Of a DNA stretch of 64,000 nucleotides, positions 44,828 to 54,429 are shown piece after piece. The translations under genes were made by a program, and so were the position numbers. Below the pieces are notes generated by a model. That model worked only from the letters and a program-made list of their open reading frames with translations, was not told the DNA's origin and made no database searches. Within the stretch, counting starts at the first letter, position 1. The number at the start of each line of letters is the position of its first letter. The stretch lies in IMG/VR virus record IMGVR_UViG_3300036773_000046, positions 1-64,000 of that record. One strand, given 5' to 3'. The stretch is from a virus. Taxonomy: Duplodnaviria > Caudoviricetes.

Positions 44828-45150
44828 TGTGCAGATTCCTAATTCTTAAGTTCGGCGATCGCCTAAACCCCCACCTACGATCTTGGCGCGCTCCCTGTCC
44901 GTTAGTGCGCTAGGTTCCCACCCGTGGCGTCGCGCGCTACGCCCCCGCCTCACGCGCCACCACGTCGTCGCAACGCTACCAGCTACGGGAACGACGCACC
45001 CGCCACGGCGGTGATCAACTACGTTCACACCGTCGCCGAACACTTGACGCGCACTTTGGTATCGTGGACCACGACGAGTTTTGAAAGGAAGAAGTGGAAC
45101 CACAACTTAGGTCAAGTGATGGCGTGACGCCAATCTTGCCGGCCGCGGAC

Positions 45151-45729
45151 ATGGTGAACACCACCACGACGTGGGAGCTGCCGAACGGCAACGGCGAGGT
45201 GGTGAGGGTGCACGCGGACTTCATTGGGTTTGCCTCGAGCCAGGGCCAAGAGCACTGGGGACACGTGCCGGGACACTTCGCCTCCGTGCAGGCACGTTGC
45301 CGCGCCTGCCGTTGGTTCGAGACGCGCATCTTCCGCGAGGTGCCCGAGCCGGAACGGTACCTAGTCCACTTCGCGGGCGTCACCACGGTGCCGGGTGAGG
45401 TGCAGCTTACCCGGGTGCACTGGGCGTTCAGCGCCGACGAGGTCGTGGACGCGCTGCAGCTGCAGCGGTCGGTGAACAAGGAGCCTAAGAGGTGCCCGGT
45501 CTGCAACGGCACCAAGGTGGTCTCCCGCCCGCCGGGTGTGGCAAGCGATCAGTCGTCGTGGGTGTCGTCGGGCGTTGGGCCGTACCCATGCGTGGCGTGT
45601 GACGGCAAGGGAATCATCCTCGCGCCCGGCACTGAAACCTTCTTCTCCATACCGGCGAGGCGCGTGATCAGCCAGGCTGCCTCCTTCGACGAGGAGATCA
45701 ACGAGGCTAAGATGCGGCGGGGATTGTGA
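45151..45729 (+). CDS. Hypothetical protein with DnaJ-like Zn finger (first rightward gene)
   Basis: Motifs CRACRWFE, CPVCNGT and CVACDGKG. Confidence 0.6.
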   Translation: MVNTTTTWELPNGNGEVVRVHADFIGFASSQGQEHWGHVPGHFASVQARCRACRWFETRIFREVPEPERYLVHFAGVTTVPGEVQLTRVHWAFSADEVVDALQLQRSVNKEPKRCPVCNGTKVVSRPPGVASDQSSWVSSGVGPYPCVACDGKGIILAPGTETFFSIPARRVISQAASFDEEINEAKMRRGL

Positions 45730-45992
45730 GCGACACGGACACCGGACCCATCGTGATCAACTCGATTGATCCCGCGACTGGTCTACCCATCCCCGTGGAA
45801 GTGCCCAAGATTCAGCCGCGCTACTCGCCCAAGCATGACATCATACCCGTGGACGCCGCGACGTACGAACAGAACGCGGGTCGGGTCTGGGTTTTGCGGT
45901 CCCTCATGGAGTTCAGGCATAGGCACCAACCACCACGACGGTACTTCGATCAGCACGTGTGGCACCAGGGATTGCACCGTGCCGATGACTGA
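45726..45992 (+). CDS. Hypothetical protein
   Basis: GTGA coupling. Confidence 0.45.
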   Translation: MSDTDTGPIVINSIDPATGLPIPVEVPKIQPRYSPKHDIIPVDAATYEQNAGRVWVLRSLMEFRHRHQPPRRYFDQHVWHQGLHRADD

Positions 45993-46518
45993 GGGGTACG
46001 TTGATCGCGTTCACCCAGGTCAATCGTGGCGCTGGGACACGCCCTACGACGAGCAGTCGTGGAGGCACTGCAGCTATTGCGGCTCGATGGATCCTGAGTT
46101 CGTCGCCACCAACGAGGCGATCACCCACATCGAGTGGGCTGACTATAAGTACGGATGGCCGCACAAGTTTTACGCCAACGTGATCAACCACGAGTCGCAC
46201 AAGCTCTACGTCATTGGTAGCATGTACACCCGGGACGACGAGGCGGCGAAGCGGCGTGGCTACGTCGACATTCGACATCGCCGTAAGTTGACCGGCGCGC
46301 AGCGTGACGCACTTGATCGTTACAGGTTCGGAGGTCGTCGGCCTAACTGGGTGACGTTTGGTCATCGCGACATGCTCATGGGTAAGTTTTACACCGTGCA
46401 TCTCGCGGAGGACAGCCTTGACCCTGCACTCATTGATGCGGTGGAGAAGAAGTGCGGGTTACGATTCACGTTTAGGAACGGCAAGGTTGGCTGGAAGCCG
46501 TACGATGGGGACGTGTAA
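45985..46518 (+). CDS. Hypothetical protein
   Basis: Motifs CSYCGS..P, W.DYKYGWPHKFY and KFYT.HL. Confidence 0.55.
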   Translation: MTEGYVDRVHPGQSWRWDTPYDEQSWRHCSYCGSMDPEFVATNEAITHIEWADYKYGWPHKFYANVINHESHKLYVIGSMYTRDDEAAKRRGYVDIRHRRKLTGAQRDALDRYRFGGRRPNWVTFGHRDMLMGKFYTVHLAEDSLDPALIDAVEKKCGLRFTFRNGKVGWKPYDGDV

Positions 46519-46519
46519 G

Positions 46520-47044
46520 ATGGCGCTGATCGCGTTGACGATGTTCACCGCCGCCGCGTGCACTCCTACTAAGATCGACGTCGGCGGCGGCACGCCGCCC
46601 TCTGCGCCGATCCCCTTCGACCCAGACGTCGCCGCGTCGTGGCCCGCGCCCGACCAGTCGCTGACGCCGGGTGACGTGATACCCAGCTGCACCTACCCAC
46701 GACCCGCGTCGCAACGGTACGTCAGCGCCGCGACGCGCAACGAGGCGATCAGTAGCTACGGCTACGTGGGCAGCACGGGCATCACACACGTTGAGTTGGA
46801 TCACCGTGTGCCGTTCTCGCTTTGCGGCGGCAACGACGTGCGCAACGTCTGGCCCGAGCCCTACGACGGCGTAAACACGTCGCTATACGTGCACAATCGC
46901 AAGGATCAGCTAGAGCTGTTCGTGGCACGGCAGGTTCGGGACGGCGGCTTCACGCTGACGTTCGCCCAAAACCTGTTCTTGAACGACTGGCGTGCGGCGT
47001 GGTGCGCCTACGTCGGCCCGCACTACCCAAGTATCAAGTGTTGA
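46520..47044 (+). CDS. Predicted lipoprotein with HNH-like motif
   Basis: Signal and lipobox MALIALTMFTAAAC; motif ELDHRVP.SL.GGND..NVWPE...N.KD.LE. Confidence 0.65.
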   Translation: MALIALTMFTAAACTPTKIDVGGGTPPSAPIPFDPDVAASWPAPDQSLTPGDVIPSCTYPRPASQRYVSAATRNEAISSYGYVGSTGITHVELDHRVPFSLCGGNDVRNVWPEPYDGVNTSLYVHNRKDQLELFVARQVRDGGFTLTFAQNLFLNDWRAAWCAYVGPHYPSIKC

Positions 47045-47054
47045 AAGGGAAGAC

Positions 47055-48152
47055 ATGACCGGAGTGTTACAGCAGTACGCCCGAGGAGTTGACTTCTCGG
47101 GTGCCAACGTCACACCCGCGCAGGTGAAGGCGAGTCCGTTTGGCTTCGTCGTTCGCTACAGCGCGGGCGCGTTCAGCCACGACTCAAGCATGCAGTGGAA
47201 GCTATGCGGCGTCAACGAGCTGCGTGACTTCGTGAAGGCAGGCGTTGACTTCATTGCGGTGGACGAGTCGTCCGCTGGTCGCGTCACCCAGGGTTACTCG
47301 GCTGGGTTGGCCGACGGCAAGGCGGTGCTGCCGTTCTGGAAGCATCGCGGCTACGCCTACGGTGGCGCGATCTTCGCGTCGTGGGACGAGGGTCAACCCA
47401 ACGCCGCACTGCACGACGAGGTGATCGCCTACCTGCGTGGCTTCGGCAAAGGACTCGCGGGCTACTACAACGTCGGGCTGTACGCCGGTGACGTGGTCAT
47501 CAGGGCGGCGTTGAAGGCGGGCGTCATCGTCGCCGGTTGGCGTGCGGAGGCGGAGAGCTGGAGCAACGACGAGCCCGTGGGCGCGGGTTGGTACCAGCCC
47601 GGTAGGCAGTGGAAGCAGGCGGCAACCGACGTGGCGAAGATCTCACCCGCCGCGTTCTGGCAGAACGGCAACGTTGCGTTCAGCAACGGGGCGGATGAGG
47701 ACGTCGTCTTGCGCACGTTCAGGTACTCGCACTTCGGCGTGCAAGGTTCGCCAACGCCGCCGCCTCCAACTCCAACGCCCACGCCCACTCCCAAGCCCAA
47801 GCCGCCGAAGGTCGGCTCGTACACCGTGCAGCCGAACGACACGCTCTCTGGCATCGCGGCGCACTTCCATACCTCGGTGTCCGCACTGGTGCGTCTCAAC
47901 GCCGAGGCGCACCCGTCGTTGCGCTTCAACCCCGACCGACTGATCATCGGGTGGAAGCTGAAGGTGCACGGCACTCCTGTACGCGTGGCGCAAAAGAGCT
48001 ACACCGTCAAGCAAAACGACACCCTGGGTAAGATCGCCGGCAAGTTCCACACCTCGGTCACGCAGCTGATCGCCTGGAACGTCCACGAGCACCCAACGCT
48101 GCGGCACCACGCCGATCACATCGAAGCTGGGTGGAAGCTTCGAGTCTCGTAG
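47055..48152 (+). CDS. Endolysin: DUF1906/GH25-like muramidase + Pro/Thr linker + two LysM domains
   Basis: GVDFS, FVVRYS and YYNVGLYAG, a PTPT linker, and two YTV..NDTL..IA..F.TSV..L LysM repeats. Confidence 0.88.
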   Translation: MTGVLQQYARGVDFSGANVTPAQVKASPFGFVVRYSAGAFSHDSSMQWKLCGVNELRDFVKAGVDFIAVDESSAGRVTQGYSAGLADGKAVLPFWKHRGYAYGGAIFASWDEGQPNAALHDEVIAYLRGFGKGLAGYYNVGLYAGDVVIRAALKAGVIVAGWRAEAESWSNDEPVGAGWYQPGRQWKQAATDVAKISPAAFWQNGNVAFSNGADEDVVLRTFRYSHFGVQGSPTPPPPTPTPTPTPKPKPPKVGSYTVQPNDTLSGIAAHFHTSVSALVRLNAEAHPSLRFNPDRLIIGWKLKVHGTPVRVAQKSYTVKQNDTLGKIAGKFHTSVTQLIAWNVHEHPTLRHHADHIEAGWKLRVS

Positions 48153-48162
48153 GAAGTGGATC

Positions 48163-48405
48163 ATGCTGGTGCAGCGAGGTGAGATCAAGTTGGCGTGCGT
48201 GTGCGGTCCGTTCATCGTCAACGGCAACGTATACCCTCGCCCGCCGTTTCGACACTTGATCACCACCTGCCCGGACTACCGACGCACCTGGTCTTTGCCA
48301 CCGAAGGATCCGAAGGTTGGCGACCTGGTGGACGTGCACGGGTCGCTGGCCGTGGTCACCGAGATCGTCGCGGGTACGAACTACGAGGTGGTGATGGAGC
48401 CGTGA
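48163..48405 (+). CDS. Hypothetical protein
   Basis: AGGAAG RBS. Confidence 0.5.
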   Translation: MLVQRGEIKLACVCGPFIVNGNVYPRPPFRHLITTCPDYRRTWSLPPKDPKVGDLVDVHGSLAVVTEIVAGTNYEVVMEP

Positions 48406-48575
48406 AGGTTGGAGATCGCGTACACTCGAACGAACTTAGCGGCACCGTGAACCGTGTCGAGGTGCGTCGGATCATCAACGGCCGCGGCTCGGTGTACGTC
48501 GAAGAGATCTACGTCACGTGGGCGGGCGGTCTTCCCGACCCACCGCCGTTCGAGAGACGAGATCAACGCCCTTGA
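48402..48575 (+). CDS. Hypothetical protein
   Basis: GTGA coupling. Confidence 0.45.
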   Translation: MKVGDRVHSNELSGTVNRVEVRRIINGRGSVYVEEIYVTWAGGLPDPPPFERRDQRP

Positions 48576-48612
48576 TACGTTGCGATAGCTAGGAAACGTT
48601 GAAGGATGATAG

Positions 48613-48828
48613 GTGCCACCACCATCCCCGCAGCTTCGGCAGGTGAGCGTGAGCTTAGGCACACGCGCGCTGCCCGACGTGAAGGCGGCGGTGGATCACG
48701 CGACACAGAACAAAGATCATGACCCGATCGTGTTCTTGATCTTAACCGACCAAGGACAGCAGCAGACCAGGTGGTATTGCGAGAAGTGTATGCAGATCAA
48801 CGGCCTACCGTACTTTGGGACCTCGTAA
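48613..48828 (+). CDS. Hypothetical protein with CxxC motifs
   Basis: 71 aa immediately upstream of the kinase. Confidence 0.45.
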   Translation: MPPPSPQLRQVSVSLGTRALPDVKAAVDHATQNKDHDPIVFLILTDQGQQQTRWYCEKCMQINGLPYFGTS

Positions 48829-48829
48829 C

Positions 48830-49765
48830 GTGTTGATAATTTTGGAAGGACCTGATGGGAGCGGCAAAAGTACCCTCGCTAAGCTGATATTCGATCACCT
48901 AAACGAGACGCTGCCGGGTGATCACGTCGAGCTACTGCACAAGGGTCCGCCGCACGTGCACCCACTTAAGGAGTACGAGGCGCCGATCTTCTGGATGCGC
49001 GACTACCGACCGGGAACCAGCGAGCACCTCATCTGCGACCGATGGCACCTGGGCGAGGTGATCTACCCGGCGGTGTTGGATCGCCCATCCGCGATGACGC
49101 CCGAGGTGTTGTGGCACATCGAGATGTTTCTGCGGTCGCGAGGCGCGCTGATCGTTCACGTGGATGAGCACACCGACACGCTGATGGAGCGGGTACGCAC
49201 GCGAGGCGACGATCTTATCAATCCCGATCAGCTGCAGGACATCCGTCGGCGGTACTACGACGTGCTGGCTGATTCGATGTTACGTACCACGATGAGTCGA
49301 CGACCCGAAGAGATCGTGAAGATCGCCCAAGAGCTAGACGCGATCTCGTCTCACCTGAATAACTTCGGCACGTACGTCGGACCACGGTACCCCGACGTCT
49401 TGCTGTTTGGCGAGGTACGCAACGTCCCTCAGCTGGTGCTGGATCGGCCAACGCCCGCCTTCATGCCCTACCCCGCGACGTCGGGTGCGTACCTGCTACG
49501 TTCGCTGCTCAACTGCCCAGAGAAGCGCGACAAGATCGGCGTTGCGAACGCATGCGACCGTGACGACCCGTTCGACTTGTGGTGGGAGTTGGGTCAGCCC
49601 TTCGTCGTGTCGCTAGGCGCGAAGGCGACGTTGACGCTGCGACGCAAGGAGATCTTCGTCTCACGGGTGGTGAATCACCCACAGTACGTGAGACGCTTCA
49701 AGTCAAGATTCGGCGCGCAGTACGCACGACAGATTCTCTACGGCGAGGAGCCGACGTGGAGTTAG
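48830..49765 (+). CDS. dNMP (thymidylate-like) kinase fused to a UDG-fold-like C-terminal domain
   Basis: IILEGPDGSGKST and ICDRWH.GE..Y, then LLFGEVRN, ANACD, VVSLG..A and HPQY..RF. Confidence 0.75.
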   Translation: MLIILEGPDGSGKSTLAKLIFDHLNETLPGDHVELLHKGPPHVHPLKEYEAPIFWMRDYRPGTSEHLICDRWHLGEVIYPAVLDRPSAMTPEVLWHIEMFLRSRGALIVHVDEHTDTLMERVRTRGDDLINPDQLQDIRRRYYDVLADSMLRTTMSRRPEEIVKIAQELDAISSHLNNFGTYVGPRYPDVLLFGEVRNVPQLVLDRPTPAFMPYPATSGAYLLRSLLNCPEKRDKIGVANACDRDDPFDLWWELGQPFVVSLGAKATLTLRRKEIFVSRVVNHPQYVRRFKSRFGAQYARQILYGEEPTWS

Positions 49766-50589
49766 TGATCAAGGACCTTCGCGAGGACTACGTCAAGATC
49801 TGTCGTGACGTGGTGACGTACGGCGAGATGGTCTACGGACGTGGCACGGCGACGAAGGAGTGGACGGGCGTCACGCTACTGTGTCCCGACCCGACCGTCC
49901 CGCTGCTGCCCGTCGGCGTCGGACGTCGCGTCAACCTGAAGCTCGCGGCGCTTGAGGCGCTGGGCATGATCGCCGGTGAGTGGCCGTGGGACTTGATCAC
50001 GCGGGTGGCGCCTCTTTACTCGTCTGTGCTGGTGTCGGGTGACGACCCAGGCGCCGCACAGTACGCCGCGTATGGACCGCGCATTTCGCGGCAACTACCC
50101 GTCGTGCTCGACATGCTGCGGGAAGACAACGCGACGCGGCAGGCGGTCTTGCAGATCTGGAAGCCGGAAGATCTCACGCACCAGGGCGACCGTCCTTGCA
50201 CGATCTCTCTGCAGTTCTTACGTCGCAACGCAAAGCTAGAGTGTCACACGTACATGCGATCTCAGGACGTGTGGCTTGGACTGGCGATGGACGTGTTCGT
50301 GTTCACGCAGCTACAGCTGACGATGGCGGCGGCGTTGGGCGTCTCACCCGGCAAGTACGTGCATCACGTCGGTAGCCTACACGCGTATCAACGCGACTTC
50401 GAACGCATCCACGAGATGGCTGAACACCCGATCTCAGCGGCGGTCGACGAGTTGCCGCAGGGCTTACGCGTCGTGAAGAACCCGCAGATCATGGCGAGCC
50501 TGATCTTAGCAGGCTCGGCGCAGTCGTCGGACAACGAGTGGTACCTACGCCAGATGGCACTGATCAGGAAGATCAAGACGAATGCTTGA
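49756..50589 (+). CDS. Thymidylate synthase-family enzyme, probable dCMP hydroxymethyl/methyltransferase
   Basis: YGPRI, TRQAVL.IW, catalytic PC (DRPCT), MRSQDVWLGLAMD with Asp at the dUMP-Asn position, and SLHAY. Confidence 0.8.
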   Translation: MELVIKDLREDYVKICRDVVTYGEMVYGRGTATKEWTGVTLLCPDPTVPLLPVGVGRRVNLKLAALEALGMIAGEWPWDLITRVAPLYSSVLVSGDDPGAAQYAAYGPRISRQLPVVLDMLREDNATRQAVLQIWKPEDLTHQGDRPCTISLQFLRRNAKLECHTYMRSQDVWLGLAMDVFVFTQLQLTMAAALGVSPGKYVHHVGSLHAYQRDFERIHEMAEHPISAAVDELPQGLRVVKNPQIMASLILAGSAQSSDNEWYLRQMALIRKIKTNA

Positions 50590-51013
50590 AACGAGAACAC
50601 GGCCCAGCGAGGACGAGGTGCTACTGCACGTCGCCTACGCCATCGCCGCGCGCGGTACCTGCCCGAACCTACAGGTCGGCGCGGTGATCGCCCGCGACGG
50701 TAGGATCTTGAGCACCGGGTACAACGGCGTGCCGTCTGGCTTCGAGCATTGCACGCACCCGAGGCGGCAGCCGGGCGACCCGATCGTGAAGTGTGGCGCC
50801 ATCCACGGCGAGGCTAACTCCATCGCGTGGGCGGCGCGCAACGGAGTGTCAACCGTTGGTGCGACGATGATCTGCACCGACACGCCGTGCTGGACGTGCG
50901 CTCAGATGATCGTGCAGGCGGGAATCGTGCGCTTTGTTGCGGATAGAGAGTACCGGCGAACCGAGGGTGTGGACCTACTGCGGCAGGCGAACGTGCAGGT
51001 GGCAATGCTGTGA
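50582..51013 (+). CDS. dCMP deaminase
   Basis: Motifs RGTC..LQVGAVI, TGYNG.P, HGEANSI and PCWTC. Confidence 0.92.
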   Translation: MLETRTRPSEDEVLLHVAYAIAARGTCPNLQVGAVIARDGRILSTGYNGVPSGFEHCTHPRRQPGDPIVKCGAIHGEANSIAWAARNGVSTVGATMICTDTPCWTCAQMIVQAGIVRFVADREYRRTEGVDLLRQANVQVAML

Positions 51014-51028
51014 CGTTGGTGTTGATTA

Positions 51029-52924
51029 GTGGGTGACATCATACCCCTGCGTCCCAATGAGAACACGATCGTTGGGCAGGGGTATCGACCCTTAGGTGAG
51101 GCGCGTGCGCACCTCGTCGAAACCACCGACGACGCGTTCGAGTTGCTACGGTGGCTCAGCACGAAGACGGAGATCGCCCTCGACACGGAGACCACCGGCA
51201 TCGACCGTCAGAAAGATCGTCCACGCATGGTCCAGATCGGCGACGAGATGGACGGCTGGGCGATCCCGTTCGAGCGCGCCGCGTTCATCGTCGATGACGT
51301 CGTACGCCGCTTTGAGGGCGAGTACGTGATGCACAACGCGACGTTCGACGCGCACATGCTCGAGTTTCGCGGCGCCGTCAAGCCCATACCCACCAACAAG
51401 ATTCACGACACGCGCATCATGGCGCACGTGCTGTCGTCCACCGGACCACTCGGCCTCAAGCCTCTCTCCCAGCGCTTTGTGGACGCGGGTGCCACCGCCG
51501 CGCAGGAGGCGCTGAACGACGGCATTGGCAAGCACGGCGGGTGGACGTGGGCAAACGTGCCAGTTGACTACGAACCCTACTGGGTGTATGCCGCGTTAGA
51601 CACCGTGTTGACCAAGCGATTGAAAAATCACTTGTGGCCGCAGGTGCAGACCATCGCGCCCAACTCGTACTCTCTCGAGATGCTCGTCATGTGGGTGTGC
51701 GCGAAGATGGAACGTAAGGGCGCGAAGATTGACCGCCAGTACACCCAGGAGTTCAGCGACAAGCTCGAGGTGTACGCGGGCCAGGTTGAGGACTGGGTGC
51801 GACAACACTACGGCGCCAGCGCGGGATCCGACGAGGCAATCGTTGCGATCTTAGAACGTGAGGGCGTGCCGCTGTGGAAGCGCACGCCGTCGGGCAAGCG
51901 GTACTCGCTCGACAAGGAAGTGATCGGCGAGATCGAGCACCCATTGGCGAAGGCGGTGCAGGGTCGCCGGCAAGCCGTGAAGATCATGTCCACCTACCTA
52001 CGGCACTACCTACTTGAGACCGACGCGAACGACCGTGTGCACCCGTCGATCAACACCGTCGGCGGCACCAGCAAGAGTCCCTTCGAGTCGGGCGGCGCGC
52101 GTGGCGTGCGCACGGGTCGTATGTCGATGGACTCGCCCAACCTGCAGAACGTACCCATCCGCACCAAGGAGGGTAAGAAGATCCGCAACTGCTTCATCGT
52201 GGACGACGAGGAGACGTGGATCAAGTGCGACTTCGATCAGATTGAGATGCGTCTGTTCGCGCACATCGCGGATGACAAGGCGCTCATCGACGCGTTCGTG
52301 CAGGCGCACATGGGCGGTGTCGACATGTTCACCCGCGCCTGCCGCGACATCTTTCAAGATCAAGCAATCTTAAAGAGCGACGACCGACGGCAGTACGTGA
52401 AGAACGGGTTCTACGCGATCTTATACGGCGCGGGTCTCGAGCAGTTCGCGAAGACGGCGGGCATCAGGCATCCCGACGGCGCTCCCGATCTTGGCTCGGC
52501 GAACGCGTTCCTCGTGCAGCTACACCGACGATATCCCGGCATCAAGCAGCTGCAGGCGATCACCGAGCAGGATGCCATGCAGCGACTGGCAAGTGAGGGT
52601 GAGGCGTACGTGGAGTCTCCGTTGACGCGTCGTCGATTCGTCGCCGACCGTGGTCGCGAGTACGCGCTCATGAACTACATGGTGCAGGGCGCCGCGGGTG
52701 AGATCTTGAAGATGAAGATTGTGCAGGCGGACATGGCCGGGCTGGGCGACTACATGCTCTTTCCGGTTCACGACGAGATCGACTTTGCGATCCCGACGAA
52801 CGACCTACCCGATGCGACGCAGACGATCAAAGAAGTAATGAACGACGACGAGTTGCTCTCCGTGCCCGTGACCTCGACGATGTCGCTGGGTGATCGCTGG
52901 GGCGACGTGAAGGATGAAGAATGA
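51029..52924 (+). CDS. polA: DNA polymerase family A with 3'-5' exonuclease
   Basis: Motifs ALDTETTG, GRMS..SPNLQN, DFDQIEMR, KNGFYAILYGAG and VHDEI. Confidence 0.95.
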   Translation: MGDIIPLRPNENTIVGQGYRPLGEARAHLVETTDDAFELLRWLSTKTEIALDTETTGIDRQKDRPRMVQIGDEMDGWAIPFERAAFIVDDVVRRFEGEYVMHNATFDAHMLEFRGAVKPIPTNKIHDTRIMAHVLSSTGPLGLKPLSQRFVDAGATAAQEALNDGIGKHGGWTWANVPVDYEPYWVYAALDTVLTKRLKNHLWPQVQTIAPNSYSLEMLVMWVCAKMERKGAKIDRQYTQEFSDKLEVYAGQVEDWVRQHYGASAGSDEAIVAILEREGVPLWKRTPSGKRYSLDKEVIGEIEHPLAKAVQGRRQAVKIMSTYLRHYLLETDANDRVHPSINTVGGTSKSPFESGGARGVRTGRMSMDSPNLQNVPIRTKEGKKIRNCFIVDDEETWIKCDFDQIEMRLFAHIADDKALIDAFVQAHMGGVDMFTRACRDIFQDQAILKSDDRRQYVKNGFYAILYGAGLEQFAKTAGIRHPDGAPDLGSANAFLVQLHRRYPGIKQLQAITEQDAMQRLASEGEAYVESPLTRRRFVADRGREYALMNYMVQGAAGEILKMKIVQADMAGLGDYMLFPVHDEIDFAIPTNDLPDATQTIKEVMNDDELLSVPVTSTMSLGDRWGDVKDEE

Positions 52925-53691
52925 CTGATCTTGAAGTGCAGCTGGTCGCAACCACGCAGTTCCACTTGCCGGTAGGCGTGCCGTGGAAGCCTGACATCGC
53001 GTCGGCAAGCTATCAATACAGCGACGATCCTGCCTACCTGATCGAGTTCGCAGGACGTGCGTGTTATCAGTCGTGGAACCGCCCCAACGTGAATACCGCA
53101 ACCGTCGCCGGGTACATCGCTCATCTCATTGAGGTGGGCCACCTGTCAGTGCTGGAGCACGCGTCGGCATCGTTCTACATTCGTGGGATCACGCGTTCAT
53201 TGTCACACGAGCTGGTGCGCCACCGACACTTTAGTTACTCACAGCTGTCGCAGCGGTACGTGGACAGCGGCGGCACCGAGTTCATCATGCCACCCGAGGC
53301 GGTCGGTGACGCGTTCCTCGAGGCGATCATCGCCGATCACCACGAGAAGTCGTTGGCGACGTACGATGACATCGTGAATCACCTCATGGAGAAGCTGAAA
53401 GACGAACCTGGAACGTCGGTGGAACGGCGTAAGCGTGCACGGCAGACGGCACGTGCAGTGTTGGGCAATGACGTCGAAACGCAGATCGTCATGACTGGCA
53501 ACTACCGCGCGTGGCGACACTTCATCCGCATGAGAGCAACGGCGGGTGCAGACACCGAGATCCGAAAGCTAGCCGTCAAGATCTTACTGCGCCTACAAGA
53601 GTTTGATCCCGCGGTGTTCGGCGACTTCACGTTAGACACGCATACTGACGGCACGCTGATCGCTTCAACCGAGGTGGGGCAAGAACAATGA
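52921..53691 (+). CDS. thyX: Flavin-dependent thymidylate synthase
   Basis: GHLSVLEH, the ThyX motif ELVRHRHFSYSQLSQRY, and MTGNYRAW.HF...R. Confidence 0.95.
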   Translation: MTDLEVQLVATTQFHLPVGVPWKPDIASASYQYSDDPAYLIEFAGRACYQSWNRPNVNTATVAGYIAHLIEVGHLSVLEHASASFYIRGITRSLSHELVRHRHFSYSQLSQRYVDSGGTEFIMPPEAVGDAFLEAIIADHHEKSLATYDDIVNHLMEKLKDEPGTSVERRKRARQTARAVLGNDVETQIVMTGNYRAWRHFIRMRATAGADTEIRKLAVKILLRLQEFDPAVFGDFTLDTHTDGTLIASTEVGQEQ

Positions 53692-53864
53692 GGAAGTTTC
53701 GCAAGGAGTACATGCTTAAGTTACCCGCGCACGAGCTACGAAAGCTTCACGCCCAGATGCAGTACGATCTCGAGTACCTCGAGCAAGAGCGCCGTAGGGC
53801 GCGTGAGAACCTCGAGCTGGTGCGTGACGCGTTGCGCGTGAAGGGAGTGATCATCGGTGGTTGA
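53688..53864 (+). CDS. Small coiled-coil protein
   Basis: Translated by hand; ATGA coupling to thyX. Confidence 0.55.
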   Translation: MRKFRKEYMLKLPAHELRKLHAQMQYDLEYLEQERRRARENLELVRDALRVKGVIIGG

Positions 53865-54117
53865 CGCCGAGAAACGTAGCACCACCGGTAACGAGATCGA
53901 CGCAGGCGGCGTGGATCATCCTGCGCACTACAACCAGCATCCATCTGGCGTCGAGTGCGTCGACATCGTGCGGCACCATGATTTCGATATCGGTAACGCG
54001 ATCAAGTACCTGTGGCGGCAAGGACTGAAGGACGGCGAGCCCAGCGTGCGCGATCTTCGTAAGGCGATCTGGTACATTGAGGATGAGATCAAGATGATCG
54101 AGAGTAAAGATGCCTAG
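53857..54117 (+). CDS. DUF3310 family protein
   Basis: Motifs VDHPAHY..HPSGVECVD, GNAIKYLWR and DLRKA.WY. Confidence 0.85.
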   Translation: MVDAEKRSTTGNEIDAGGVDHPAHYNQHPSGVECVDIVRHHDFDIGNAIKYLWRQGLKDGEPSVRDLRKAIWYIEDEIKMIESKDA

Positions 54118-54246
54118 GACGACGGTCGGCAAGATCGGCTTTCTCTGGGTTGCCGCGGTGATCAACGACTTCGATCAGCTGCGTGACATACGCATCGGCT
54201 TTACTGCCGAACACGCGTTACGCCGTACACTGAAGGTGCATGGACG

Positions 54247-54429
54247 ATGACGCCACTTGAGCAGGCTGAGACACTCGAGGCGCGCGCAGCGTTTCTCGGC
54301 GACGTACGCATCCCGATTGAGCAGCGATTGAACGTCGTCGAGATTGAACGCACCGTGCTCGCGTTACGTGGCGCAGCGGACACTCTTCGTTTAGTTCATC
54401 GGCACGATCTTGAGAGGTTGCAGCAGTGA
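54247..54429 (+). CDS. Hypothetical protein
   Basis: Coupled to ruvC. Confidence 0.5.
   Translation: MTPLEQAETLEARAAFLGDVRIPIEQRLNVVEIERTVLALRGAADTLRLVHRHDLERLQQ

Noticed and set aside
49756-50589. Annotation as an ordinary thymidylate synthase (thyA)
   Set aside because: Asp replaces the dUMP-specifying Asn, and a complete thyX is present.
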